From contig MU271450.1 of NCBI GenBank assembly GCA_021432655.1, positions 1-54,446 of the forward strand: DNA of 54,446 nt, read 5' to 3'. Source of the DNA: Atractiella rhizophila (lineage: Eukaryota). Under the pieces are notes generated by a model that worked only from the letters and a program-made list of their open reading frames with translations, was not told the origin of the DNA and made no database searches. Both the position numbers and the translations under genes were made by a program. Of this stretch, positions 11,876-24,353 are shown in pieces; positions within the stretch are counted from its first letter, which is position 1, and each line of letters opens with the position of its first letter.

Positions 11876-12389
11876 TCTTGGCGGGAAGAAGGGAGGTAAG
11901 GGAAAGTATACGATGAGTAAAGGCATATATGACAAGATCCAAGTTGCTTTTCGGGAGCGGTGGGGAGAGTGGAGTGGATGGGCGCAGCAGATTTTGTTCA
12001 CAAGTGATTTGAAGGGTTTTGAGGGGTTCGATTGGTCTGAAACGCTAGCTGCGAAGCAGGTGGAGGTTTTGAAAGTCGAAGAGGAGGAAGTTGAGGGGAA
12101 GACAAGGGTTATGAAGAGACAGAGAGAAGTGGAGTTCGAAAATAACGTGAAAAGCGAGATGAGGATGACTCGGAAGAAAATACGAGTGGACGAAAAATCT
12201 ACGACAGTTACTGCGGAGCAAGGGGGAGCCAAGCTGGAGGACGCGGACGAAGGGTGGGGAGGGTTCGGCGATCCATATCCCACCCCTCTTTCTTTGGTTA
12301 TGGAGAAAACGATTGATTTGGTCCAGAATGATGACTGCATTTTGGCGGAGAGTGTTAAAGGAAGGAAAGGGAGGACGCGGATGCGGTGA
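11874..12389 (+). pseudogene. OGG1: 8-oxoguanine DNA glycosylase, 3' part
   Basis: FLGGKKGGKGKYTMSKGIYDKIQVAFRERWGEWSGWAQQILFTSDL matches the OGG1 C-terminal F..WG..aGWAq..LF..DL motif. It is followed by an open acidic/basic tail to TGA at 12389. Confidence 0.85.
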
Positions 12390-13481
12390 GCACTTTATAC
12401 AGCTGTGTTGCATCCCTTGGAGGTTCTTTGCTCGAAGTCCATGCCAAGTATCTGTGTAAGATCGTTCAAAAAAGCGTGTCTCTCAAGAAAGGAAAGGGAT
12501 GCGTCTCGATCTTGAGCACAATTATACTTTTTTTCACAATCCACTCCAACAATGGTTTACTATGCTCCTTGACTTGCATCTGGAAACCTTATCCTAATTT
12601 CATCGGTGTGACCTGCCGTTAACCATTCTCATATTGCAATGTTTTTGTTTCTCGTTGTCAACGGTGGTTTTTAGATTGTTTGAATAGCCTTTGTGTTTTT
12701 TAATGGCAGCGCGAACTTGTTCACGCTGGAACTTGTAGTACTTTGCGATGGAAGAATTGTTATCCTCGACGTTGCCTCTGTGCAGTTGACGAATGACAGG
12801 CTCAGGTACCTCAGGTACACCACCCCATGGCCTAGCTTAGCTGTCCGTCATCGAACGCTTCCATTTTAGTGAACATCCGCCACAATCTATTCAAAGCAGT
12901 GCTCCGTTCAACAAGATGAGCAGATTTTGACAGGTATGCACCAGTATATATCTCGGCAAAGAAGTGGTGCTTGTAGGGAGGTGGTGTACCATCGAAGAAG
13001 ATACCGGATATTAAGGCGCCTGCAGAACTGCTCCCAGAGCTCCGTGTTTCCTGCGCGATGCATGGGGGTTCAATCTTTTCCGTCCATATATGTAGCAGCT
13101 GCCAAGGTCACCGACGTTGGTGTGAAGAATGTGAAGTAATATGGGAGAGCATTCCGCTTTGCTTGAGTTTTAAAGAAACTAGGATGATTTCATATCACAA
13201 CCCCGCCGCTTACAACGCGTTTGCAGACTGTTTGCTCTGAGGTTTGGGTGAGATGAAGGGGAAGATACGCTGCTCCATGACGTTCCCTCTTCAAAAGGGT
13301 CATTGTGTCTCATTGGATACCGAGAAAGAACGGTAAATTCATTTTAAATCAGACAAGAAGACGATCCTTTCTGAAAGCAGGAGAAGCGAAGATTGCGAAT
13401 ATAAGAGTCCATCACGTGATTCGGTGAAGAAGTGACAAAATTGTTTTGGTAAGTGCGACTGGAATAGTTGTAATGTTACGC

Positions 13482-13721
13482 TCAAGTGAGGGAAGTGTCT
13501 AGCTGGTGCCTTACCCTATATATCAGCGTTTGACATCAGAAGAGTTAAAAAGCGAAAGAGCTTACCGACCAAGCAATCCAGCAAGAACAACCGACATTAT
13601 TTCTGTTGAGAAAAAGTATCTTTCTCTGCCCACTTGCACTGTGTAACCGCCTTCTACTTTTTTCTGCAAGATATGCATCAGACATTGGCTGAAGGAAACG
13701 TAATGGGAGACCCACGATCAT
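13482..13721 (-). CDS. Microprotein family copy 5 (original start lost, short MI exon 1, shifted second donor; possibly a pseudogene)
   Basis: The upstream start position reads ATA GAA (13745). Next is ATG ATC|GTGGGT..TTGCAG, exon 2 from 13663 KKVEGGYTVQVGRERYFFSTEIMSVVLAGLLG, a GTAAGC donor one base later than in other copies, and tail RHQLDTSLT*. TATAAA at 13810-13805. Confidence 0.6.
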
Positions 13722-13974
13722 TCTTAGTTTTGGACAGACTTCTATACAGAATACAGTGCACCAACCTGAGGAATCAGGGAAGAGTATGGGAGCTCAGCAG
13801 CGTCTTTATACCCTGCTGTTAGCAGTCGCGATCCCACCCAACCACCCAACGGGGAAGAGCACAGTTTGGATTTGGAGTAATATCGTCATCGTTCATACAC
13901 CTAACCTCTTCATGCCAGACTTCCGCCCGATCCGGAATGTAACTAGGTAATCCACGAACTAGGTGAACAAACGA

Positions 13975-14107
13975 GGTGAACCAACGAGGTGATCTCGTAG
14001 TCTACGAGGTGTACCAAGTAGTCAACGAGGCGAACCAAGTAGTCAACGAGGCATACGAAGTTGTCGACGAGGCGCACGACGGAGTCGACGAGCTGAACGA
14101 ACTGTCG
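13975..14107. repeat. Imperfect ~21-bp tandem repeat
   Basis: Units such as ACCAAGTAGTCAACGAGGCGA / ACCAAGTAGTCAACGAGGCAT / ACGAAGTTGTCGACGAGGCGC / ACGACGGAGTCGACGAGCTGA. Confidence 0.8.
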
Positions 14108-14574
14108 CTATCTAGTGAGCGATGTGCTGCTATGTCGCGAACGAGGGCTACGATGTAGTGTTCCGTCGTCAGCTGGTCGTAGTTACCCTTACCGAGATAT
14201 CTAGATCCTAGCCAGAAGGTGAACGAATGAAGCAAGGAATACAGCCCATGGCTGGCAATGCCACTGGCGAGCAACAGTTCAAGGGAGATCTAACTTACAG
14301 GCTTCTCAATCCTTCCAGCAGAATAAGTAGGGCCCAACTGACAGCTTCGGGCTAGCCTCATCGAAGCCTCATTGACACGCCACCGAAAACAAACACTGCC
14401 CACGGTACCACCTCTCCCCCAACTGACCACGTGTACTCCTATGTCTACGGCAGCTCCAACCAATCTCTCTGTCCCTTCCCAAACGCCCATCCTCGCTTAA
14501 TCCTCCATTCCAACACCGCTTGCCATGCCCACCGACAAAGCCGACGTTGTCTATGAAGTGCCGTGCCAAAACGA

Positions 14575-15500
14575 CAAAGAGGCTCTCATGACCATCCAGC
14601 ACATCGGTCCCAAAGCGCAGACTGCTTCCGACTCATGGGCTTAGGCTGGTGACACGCCGGCTTGTGGATACTGACATCTTCCGAATCGATGTAGAAAGTA
14701 CAGTTCCCATCACTAAGAAGAAGCGAAAGCGGAAGGTGGAGTACACGGTAGGGACATAAGCCGGGATTCAAGCTGCGTTTCGGGAGTGCATCGCAGAGGC
14801 GGACAGCAAGCTGGAAAATGGGCGAAGGGCACGACAATGATGAAAGGGATTCGGAAGTGGACGACTGGAATCCCCAATGCATACCAAGGTGGACGACGAT
14901 CAACAATGCATACGACTGCAAACAAGAAGCCACGTACCTGAAATTCCCACGCGTATGATGGTGGGTGACGCTGGAGATTCCTCTATTAGCGCGAGAGGGA
15001 AGGCAAGAGCTGTCGGGTTGCCCAAACATTTTCTCTCTTTGACCATGAAGAAGGCATATATGACAAGATCCTAGTTGCATTTTCGGAGCGATGGGGAGAG
15101 TGGAGGGGCTATGCTCAACAGATCTTTTGTTACCAGCGATTTGAAAAGTTTCGAGGGATTCAATTGGTTAGAGGCTGTGATCTCGAAAGTGAAAGAGGAA
15201 GAGGGAGAGGAGAAGAGAGTGCTGAAGAGACGGAGGATTGAAAGAAGCGCTGAAGAACGGAAAGACCATGAAAAGCATTCGGAAGCAGATGTCTGCGGAT
15301 GACGAGTATGCGCTAGATATCGATTGGGAGGGGAAGCGAAGCTTGAACAATCCATAAATCACCCCTCTTTCTTTGGTTATGGAGAAGACGATTGATTTGA
15401 CCCAGAAGGATGTGGGCAATTTGGGGGAGAGGGTCAAGGAGAGGAAGGCCGTGGATGGGTAAGTGCATTATACAGCTGTGTTGCAGTGGAGGTTCTTTGT
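14575..15500 (+). pseudogene. OGG1: Decayed OGG1 relic retaining traces of the HhH-GPD core and the 3' end
   Basis: Across frameshifts: KEALMTIQHIGPK-ADCFRLMGLGW*..LVDTDIFRI..GIQAAFRE. 15047-15500 aligns at the DNA level with about 11920-12430. Confidence 0.75.
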
Positions 15501-16503
15501 TGGCATTCGTCCATAATGTATGTGATGACTGGAGATTGGTCTTATTCGCACTTCGTTACAATCCACTCTAAACCATGGTTTATTTGTCCTCCATTCCCCG
15601 TGACATGCACTCGCAGATCCTGTCCTAGTATTGTCAGTCGGCGCCTCCTCATTAACAATTCTCATAGGGTACCATTCGCTTTTCTCTTTTTCATAGGAAG
15701 GCTGCTTAGCCTGTTTGTATTGCCACCATGTTGTGGTTCTTGCCTATATTTTTCATCTATTTTGCGAAGCGTGTATTGATGTTATACTCGCCGTCGCCTT
15801 TGTGCAGGTTAAATGCCATCAACCAATCCAATCAGTGAAAGTGCTTCCAGGAATGACAACCGATGTTTCTAAAGTCCGTCACACCCATGCATAGTCACCT
15901 GTCGTTGCATTTTCTGAAAGTGTGCTGCGTGAACATCAATCACCATCTATTCGAAGCAGTGCTTGCAATGAAAATGAACATGTTTGAAGCTCATGTACTT
16001 CTCATCATTCTGAGAGCTTTGTATAAGCCTTTTCTCGATACCACGTAGTTACGGCGGGCTAGCGGTTCAATGGTGGACACATGCCCCAATCTCCGGCGTG
16101 ACGTTGGCTCTTTGATCTTCCTCCCTATCTGTAACTGTAGCAATTGCCGTACTTACCGACCACCTTGGAAGGAAATATCAAGGACTTCACTGGACTTTCA
16201 TGACATGAAAGGAAGAGCAAATAATTGCTCGACGTCCATGCCGCACACTTGCTCAATATGATATAGCTCCAGCTGATTGCTATCTCCTCTAACGCTTGGA
16301 CGAGGCAAGACGGAAGACTGACGACTCCATTTTCGGCCTCGCTTGAATGCCTCGCAGGTTCACGTGGCCATAACGAGGCAAACAGTCAATTGCGTTACAT
16401 CTTAAATGGATTTTATCACACAGGCCAAAAAGAAAACCGTTCTGGAACCAATGATTATAGGCATTGAGTCCATCACGTAACGTCCATAAAGGAGTGACAA
16501 AAA

Positions 16504-16778
16504 TTATTTCTCGAAGTCAGTTGTGGTACCTTCAAGTTTCGCTCCAACTGGGGGAGATGTATGATTGGTGCCTTGCCGCATCCCTCAGCTTTGACATCAA
16601 AAGAAGCAAAGCGAACAATATACGGTCAAGCATCGCAGTCAGGACAACCCACATCATCTCGGTGGGGAAGAATATCCTCTCCCCATCCACTTCCATTGTA
16701 TATCCACCTTGGGTTTTTTTCTACAAGAGGTGCATCATACGTATGACTGAAGGAAAGCCGATGAATACTAACGATCAT
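16504..16778 (-). CDS. Microprotein family copy 6 (short MI exon 1, 56 aa)
   Basis: Exons 16778-16773, 16720-16624, 16571-16504; MI|KKTQGGYTMEVDGERIFFPTEMMWVVLTAMLD|RTNHTSPPVGAKLEGTTTDFEK*; TATAAA at 16896-16891. Confidence 0.7.
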
Positions 16779-17889
16779 TCTTCTTCGCGTTGGGCAGGTT
16801 TCTGTGGCTGAGAGCAATGTCCTAAGAGCAGGGGAATGATGGGAGAGAGCAGGGCTTGAAGAGAAAGCAAATGGGAGCAGGGACTTCGCTTTTATAACCC
16901 GCTTGCAGCATTGTGCCCAAGGGCCCAACTCCCACAGAAGTTGACCTCATCCAACATAGCCCGCAGGCTGTAAGACGGAACGATCGATCGAGAAATCATT
17001 TGGGTTCGGATTTTGGGGAGCGTTGTGCGCGATATAATTCTCTGACCATGTCAAGGACGAGATGGACGAGACGGACGAGCTCGCTCCTGAATAGGGAGCG
17101 AGAGGAACGAAACTACTTTCTCGGCCATCAGTCGCTCGTTAAGAAACATAAAAATGTGAGGAACACGCCGCAATGTCGAACGCTGAATTGATCAGAAAGT
17201 GAATTCTCCACATGTTGGAACACCTGAAACGTGGTCGATAACGCGCCACCTCCACAACATCTCTCAAACAATATTGCACTCAGAAGATGGACGAAGGATC
17301 ACATGACCACATTGACGAAACCTCGATCAAGGCGCAGCCCTTTTCAGTGAATTATCGTCTGTGGGAATGTGGTCTCGCCTGACTGCGATGCATGTACCAT
17401 GGATACCACCACATTCCCACATTCCATCCCCTGTCTTCGGAAAAGAACGCACGAGACCAACTTTTCAGCGCACCTTTGATTAATCAATCATAACCGCTTT
17501 GCATCCGCTCCCCTTCCACTTCGCTGCTGACCCTTCCTCCATTCGATCTCACATTGCCTCCTTAAGTCCAGCAGCCTGAATCTATCGTTCAGTCCCAATT
17601 TATCGAACGCAAAGCAGTACCCTCGTATCTCAGGGCTCCCTATCTTTTCTCCAAAGTTCTCGGTCGTTATCTCTCTTCAGTTGCCGCAATCAATGTCCTT
17701 ACTCGGCCGACAAAGCAACGGTTCAGGGTACGTACGATTTCACTCCTTTCCTCAGCTTCGTCTCAAGCTTCATCTCACTCCCCTTCCTTTGCTGTCAGCG
17801 CACATCGCACCTCTCGCCTAACCAATCCCCTCCTTCCCACCCACCCATTCCTATCTTTCAAGCCGCTATGTAACACAAAAGTGAGCGAA

Positions 17890-18640
17890 AGAATCTCATG
17901 GTGTTCTCCAGTGCCGTGCCAGACTGCAAGACTACCGTCGCAGACTTTCGCTACTCACGGCTTCTGCTACATTTCAATCGTCACCATGGACGTACACGCC
18001 TTCGAATCGGAGTAGAACAGCATAGTCATGGTTTCCTCGGCGGGAAGAAGGAAAAATCAAAATACCCTACGAGTGAAGGCATCTTTGAGAAGAACCAAGC
18101 TGCGTTTGGGGATCGGATTGGCGCCAGGTCGATGGGCACAGCAGATTTTGTTCACGAAGCACTCGAAGCGGTTCGAGGAGCCGATGGTCCGAAATGGTTG
18201 CGTTGAAGGAGATGCTGCACTCAGAATTGGAAGAGGAAGAGTGCCCTAAGAAGGGAAAGGGAAAAACGGAAAAGCCAAAAAACTGGAGAGAACTGGACCT
18301 AAACCGTGAAGGAGGGAAGGAAGCGATGCGGAAGAGCTAGACGTGGATGATCAGTTGGCCCAGCCGAGGAACAGCGGAAGCAAAGCTGATGAACGTAGTT
18401 GCAGAGAACCAGCTGCGGTTTGCAGTATCCTCGTAACTTTCCTGATGTTCCACCGACCGTGAATTGATGATACCTTCGAGCGGCCATCCTGGGGTCCCCA
18501 AACTAGGCGCCTCTTTCTTTGGTGATGGAAAGATCATCGATTTGGTTCCGGGATGTGGTAGTTTGGCGGAGATCTAAGTGGAGGAAGGAGAGGATGCGGA
18601 TGCGGTGAGTACTTCTTATAGCTGTGTTGCATGTAGCGGA
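17890..18640 (+). pseudogene. OGG1: Decayed OGG1 relic
   Basis: Frameshifted motifs VAD..IVTMDVHAF..HGFLGGKKEKSKY..EGIFEKNQAAF..RWAQQILFT. The 3' end (GGATGCGGATGCGGTGAGTACTTCTTATAGCTGTGTTGCAT) matches about 12370-12413. Confidence 0.75.
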
Positions 18641-19027
18641 GGGTCTTGGTGAGAATTTGGGTTCGTTGGAACCTGCGTGTCCAAGGTGCTTTGATAAAGT
18701 GAGATGAACACAATCTATTTCACAATCCATTAATATGTGACACCAGCCAGATGGCTGCTCAACGCCTTGAGCCCAGACTTCAGACCATCGGCGCGATTTC
18801 CTCTAGAGCATATGTCCTCGCCTTGTCTCTCACTCTCATAGTTCAGATTGTTTGCTTTGTTTCTCCTTGACCCTGTTTGGACTCATTTGTACGCCAGACA
18901 ATGGACAAGCCTAATGCTCTATAAGGCATGCATTTCGGCGGTCAATACACGCTCCGCTGGTGCTCCAACGCTCATCGCTGCCCTGAACGGTATCGGTATA
19001 GGCCAGGGTGATAGAATCCAACGGATC

Positions 19028-19320
19028 CTAGGAAGGTATTGAAATCGTGCCTTATCCATCCATCAGTGTGTGCGATCAGAAGAGATCAAGCGAAGAACTT
19101 ACGCGCCAGCAGGCTGCCAAGAGCGGTCCACGCCATCTCATCCGGCAGAAAGAATTCCTCTCCACCTACTTCTATAATGTAACCCCCTGCTACTTTTTCC
19201 TACAAAAAGCCTCAATCAGCCTCAATCAGATGGATGGTTGAAAGGAGGACAAGATGGTCTTACCACAAATCTCCAACCGAAAGTATTAGGGAATGAGGGG
19301 GTTGGATCAGTGGAAGACAT
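19028..19320 (-). CDS. Microprotein family copy 7 (3 exons, 58 aa)
   Basis: Exons 19320-19264, 19199-19103, 19050-19028; donors GTAAGA and GTAAGT; MSSTDPTPSFPNTFGWRFV|EKVAGGYIIEVGGEEFFLPDEMAWTALGSLLA|RTISIPS*; TATAAA at 19393-19388; CCACCATG start context. Confidence 0.87.
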
Positions 19321-21011
19321 GGTGGGATCGCAACTCTGTGTAACTTTCATCGTGTGGGCATGAGAGGCGCAGAGCAGAGGCAAAGCTTTTATAGCCCTCC
19401 ACGTTTCTTTGACGGAGCTATGCTTGCTTGCAGTGATGTTGGTCAAAGGATGCATGATGTCTTAGGATTTAGGATGGATGGAGCGGTTAATAACAAACAG
19501 ACTCAATTGGTCAAGTTGATTAATTAAGGCATCTATTGCGCGACGAGTCCAAATGAGATGTCCATGCCCTGTGGACAGATCTCTGGACGCGCAGTGAACG
19601 AGGAGAACGAGACTTGCACATAGACTTCAAAGTTCGTCTGGGCCATCAACAAGACTCTGTGAGCCGGGCTTGCATCTTCAGCTTTTTCAATTTGGGCGCG
19701 CAGCGGCCCAACCGATGCTCTTAGAGTGTAAGTAAATGGGGCGGGCGATGAGATGCTTGCATGATTTTAAAAGTGATAGCCGTAGTCAAAGACGCCACAT
19801 CAACCTTATCGCATTTTAGTCCAGCGTTTTCGCAAGGACCTGATGCAAATTAACATCGATCCATCTCGCTCTTAGTCAAGGAATAGGCGTCCCTTCCTTG
19901 TTACAGGAACTCCACTAACAGAAACTGCGATTGTCGTTGCTTCTGAAGGGTTCAAATTCCTTGCAGCAGCTCTTTGGTTGAATGAAATCCACGATTTTTA
20001 TCTTGCGCTTGTTACCTCCGTGCGTAGGTCGCGGAGCTTTTCTCTCCAGCATCTCTTCACTTCCCTATGTGCCCAAGGAGGAGGATGGACATACGGCATC
20101 GACGGTCATCTCGACCATTGATCTCGCCCGAACTGTGGGACGCCTGCCCCTTTGTCAACCGAACCCCCGCTTTTAGTAGTTCATACATATTCATGGCCAC
20201 AGTTCGATCTGGTACTTTGCTTCTAACTTCCTCCTTCTCGTAGTGTGGTCCCGGTGCTGATCCGCTTTGTCCGTGCTGATGGTGATGATATGATGATGGG
20301 TGAAATCCATTGTTCAACGGCAAACAACACCAAGCAGACAGCTCCTTCGGAGGCGAGGGTGTAAGATCTAAGAGGCCGTGGGCAGATGGCTAAATTTACA
20401 AGGTGGAAGTCGAAAAGTCAGTCAGTTGCGTGCTATGACGGCTTGCCGTTGGAGCTATGATTCCTGCGCGAACTTCGCCCTTTAATCTTAATCTTTGCTG
20501 CCTTTGGCAACCGCTAGGTTTCGCATCATGAATGTGCGAAGATATACTTGATCTTTAAATCTTTGCTGCCGTACTAGCCTGTGGTTCACCCTCGTGGCGG
20601 CTGTCGATCTATGGGAGCTTGTCCTACTAAGCTTTGAGCGCGCGAGAGGTAAGCACATAACACGTGTCAAGGGCATGTCTATTTGTAGCTTTGCTTGAGA
20701 GTTTAGGACATGGAGCAAACTAGGAAGTTCCAAGTTTTTGCCGACTTAGGTGCCTCCACTCATCTAAAGCTCAGAGAGGTAGTATACAAAGGGAGGGCAG
20801 TGCGTCATTCATTTTCTCCGATTATGGTGTACGCTTTACTTCCTAGGAGATGCATAGTGAGATGAGAAAGAACGAAATGCATTTAGGTCCGTTTTTATCT
20901 TATTATTAGGATGACAAGGGGGAGTCCATGATGTGATGGGGAAACGACATGGAAAAGAGTAGCTCGAGACATTCACTGACTGACATGTTACACGCCCACT
21001 GATGAAAGTAT

Positions 21012-21270
21012 TCAAATGATGGCTTTCCCATTGAGTCAATGTCTGCCATCAGAAGAGATAAAAGTGAAAAGAACATACAGCACAGCAGCGCTGCGAGGAT
21101 GGCTAACGCCGTCTCTTCCTCAATAATGTATGTTTCCCTGTTTATCTCGATGATGTAGCCGAGCTTCGTCTTTGCCTAAAAAAGGAACTTGATTGATAAT
21201 TGTAATAGAGAGCATGACCTAGGAAGCTCACAACAAATTTCCACTGGCTAATATTCAGGGAAGCTGCCAT
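21012..21270 (-). CDS. Microprotein family copy 8 (3 exons, 48 aa, ends CSII)
   Basis: Exons 21270-21232, 21175-21079, 21022-21012; MAASLNISQWKFV|AKTKLGYIIEINRETYIIEEETALAILAALLC|SII*; TATAAA at 21350-21345. Confidence 0.83.
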
Positions 21271-22480
21271 AATGAAAGATTTCACGTGTGAAGGAAGGAG
21301 AGCTCAATATCTTGGCGAAAGTGACATTGGCCATCGTCCCAGTTTTTATATCCACCTCAGAGCCGTATTAACGTACTCGTGGGAAAAGACGCTGAATTCC
21401 TTCAGCTTCTAGTTTGGAGTAAAATCAATTGATTTCCCGTTCATAGGCATTCCCGTCCCGAAAGAATCCATCCCAAGCCGCATTAACGACGAGGGGTGTG
21501 CCGAATTATCCATGGACTAATTCGTTCCCCCTGTGTGAAGAGACAAAGGGTGGAATGGACGAGATGAACGAGGCACACGCTGTACTGACGAAATAGTGAA
21601 CAATGCAGGAAATCAACCGGTCAGCGTTCGTCGAATTCCGTCAAACATGTGACGGGATATGTGGATAAATCGTCCATTTGTCAGTTGTTGTACGGCATCG
21701 GGATATTCGAGCAAGCGCCTCATTCAAGAAAATATGGATATCGAACCTCTGGTACGTGACCCAACGAGTCGTCGACAGCCAAGCATCGAGCAAAGAGCTG
21801 AAAATGGCAGGAAGGGTATGACAAGCGCTGAAATGGTTTTCTCATGGGTTATGAGCACGATTGAGATCAGCTCTTTGATATCATGGGTTAACTGCTAAGT
21901 TCGGGCATGCGCTTCGGTAAAGAAGCAAGCCCTGGCTCGCCCAACTCTGCTTTGAGTTTCAAGATAATAGACAAAGCCAGGTGATTCGCCTTCTACATCA
22001 CTTGTTACCGGTACGGAAGATACAGACAACGAAGCTCAGAAGAGGTACAGGGGAAGGAGTAGCATAGAACGGCGCCGAGCTTCCATTTCCTTCCGTTATC
22101 GTGCCTAGGATAAACTCCATGTCGCAATATAAAGACAATTAAATGCATTTCGATCATTATTCTTCGGACTAAGGAAAAAATTCTGGAGAAGACACTGCTG
22201 GAGTTAGGATATTTAAGCATGTCGCGTGAGTTGTACAGGTGACGGCATAACTTCTTGAAGTTCAACGAAGGCGTTGCTGAAACTTCGGTCGCAATTTGTC
22301 ACTTTGTGCAATTTAGAAGAGGCTGTATCAAGAGGAACGGAAGCATTCAATTTCTCTTCTGCTCCCGTCTCCCGTCTCCCAGTCTTGCTTCTCCTTCTCC
22401 TCACAATGCTTGTCCCTACTGAGATGGAGAGGTGAGCAGAGCAGTGAAGACACACTACCTTTCTTCAACTCAGAAGGACT

Positions 22481-22723
22481 CTAAATGGCTCCTCGCCCGA
22501 TTATTCAGCTCCTTCCATCAAAGAAGCGGTGAAAGAACAGACGGGCAAGCAGCCCAAAGAGAACGGTGAATATCATCCCTTCGGGGAAAGTGTTGCTCGC
22601 CATCTATTTCGATGATGCAACCGTTTCAGTCCTTTCCCATGAAAAAGGTATTGGAGAAACAACTGCAACAGATGGGAGGACCTATGATATTTGCCACTGG
22701 CAGGGGTTATTGGTAGCCTCCAT
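22481..22723 (-). pseudogene. Microprotein family copy 9, pseudogene
   Basis: MEATNNPCQWQI then a dead donor (ATAGGT), a dead acceptor (TGG) and 1-nt deletions in exon 2 (ERTE-GCIIEIDGEQHF-PEGMIFTVLFGLLA). Exon 3 still reads RAI*. Confidence 0.82.
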
Positions 22724-24168
22724 TTTGAGAAGCCTCGATAGAAACTGATAGAGAAGTCTGTAAAAGTTGGGGCGGAGCAAAGGGTCAAAAGGGGCGTGGG
22801 GTTATAGCTTAGCCCAACTCGCACTTTCCTTCTCCCCATTACAGTGAATGCTTATCCGATGTCGGCGGCGCGTAAACGGATGATCGCAGAAACGACTCGA
22901 AATTAAATATTTGGTTGTGATGTCGGCCGCATCGGAATGAATCCCTTACCCACAACACAACAGCATCTCTCCAAACAAAGAGAGGACGACCGTTCATCAT
23001 ACTGGTGGCGAAGGCTATCTATTTTAAAAGCATCCATCCTGATCCATCCCGCCTGATCCCGTCATCGATGACCCAATTGTGTTGAGCAAAAGATGAACGT
23101 AATGTACGACTCGAACGAGGAACATCGATCACAGCGATAACTGTAGCCTGTAGGGCGCGCATTGCTCCTCCTTTGCAACGCGCCAACAGATTACATCTTC
23201 GATGTGAATAATAAACGATTAGGCTTCCGGTAGCTGTTAACAAGCTACAACTGACTCAACTGCATCAAACTTTTAATCAAGCCGTGTTTGCTTGCCCAAT
23301 CGGCATTACACAACAAGTGAAGCCTTCCACTCCAGTCTCGCTCCACTCCCTGAGCATCCAGAAAGAGCATACGTACGCACTTGAGCCCCCATTCCAATGA
23401 ATCAACCTATCCATCCCATAGCAGCGTCCGCTTCACTCGCCCCGCGTCACAGCCACCAGTTTGCTAGCATTTGGATGGCTATTTGATATCTTTGCTCTCG
23501 CGTCTTACTGCTCGCACCTGCAGGCGACTGACGCTCGTTTCTGTTCCATGATTCGCGCGGTTCCGAGGTCACTCGCCACTCACGATTAGAGGCAGTTTCA
23601 AGGAAAGGTGAGACGAGGGCAAGCTAATTTACCAATATTTTGTAATTTTGTATAAGGTGTAATCAGATTATTTACCATCTCCAGCTTTGCTCCCAGATGA
23701 GTAATCGATGAGTTGTCTCTCATTTCTCCCCGAAGGTCATACTGGAGCTGTCCTGGCGGTCATGTTTTTGTTCCTCTCTCCAGCTTTGATCCCCCGCGTC
23801 CGCCGCTGTCCCAACGTCTCACCCGTCTCACCATCTGTGAAAATACTGCCTCCCCAGCTCAGCGACACGTTCACACGGTAAAAGTTGACTGTAGCAAGTC
23901 TTCGAAAATAGTTTCCCCCTTCATATTTTTCAACGTTTCCTTCCTCTTCCAGGGCAGGGGCCTTCGGTTTTCGAGCCGCGCAGCGTTGGGAGTGTTTTCG
24001 TTGCTCTCCGGTGCATCCGTTTATGGATTTCAGGTTATTCTTAGCCGTTGACTCGAAGAAGGAAACAGACGTGGTGTATTTTAGAATTCAAGTTTTGCTA
24101 ATCAGGAGGACAAATAATGTGACGAGGTTCCTTCAGTTTGATTCATGTTCGTTTGACTAGTTGTGCTT

Positions 24169-24353
24169 TGTTGGAGATGTGTAAAATGTTAGTAATACTT
24201 TCTTTCATGAACATTCTGGAAATTTCTATTTGCCACAAGCTCTCATGTATATAAACAGCTGTTCTTATGTTTCTGCTGCTCATGCGTTTGCAAGAGCTCA
24301 GCCAAACGTAATACATTTGTTTGAGGTTAACAAAGCAGCACACAAAAACAACA
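24169..24353. mobile_element. Solo LTR (185 bp) with 5-bp target-site duplication
   Basis: Starts TGTTG, ends CAACA, flanked by TGCTT at 24164-24168 and 24354-24358. The paralogous site at ~27183-27198 is empty (AGTTGTGCTTCATATG). Internal TATATAAA. Confidence 0.9.

Noticed and set aside
11844..12389. 181-aa ORF as a standalone gene
   Set aside because: It is a chimera of the end of the inserted duplicate and the OGG1 3' exon, starting at a non-ATG codon.
19900..20400. GC-balanced coding-like stretch
   Set aside because: It contains only short ORFs with no recognisable motif or consistent exon structure.
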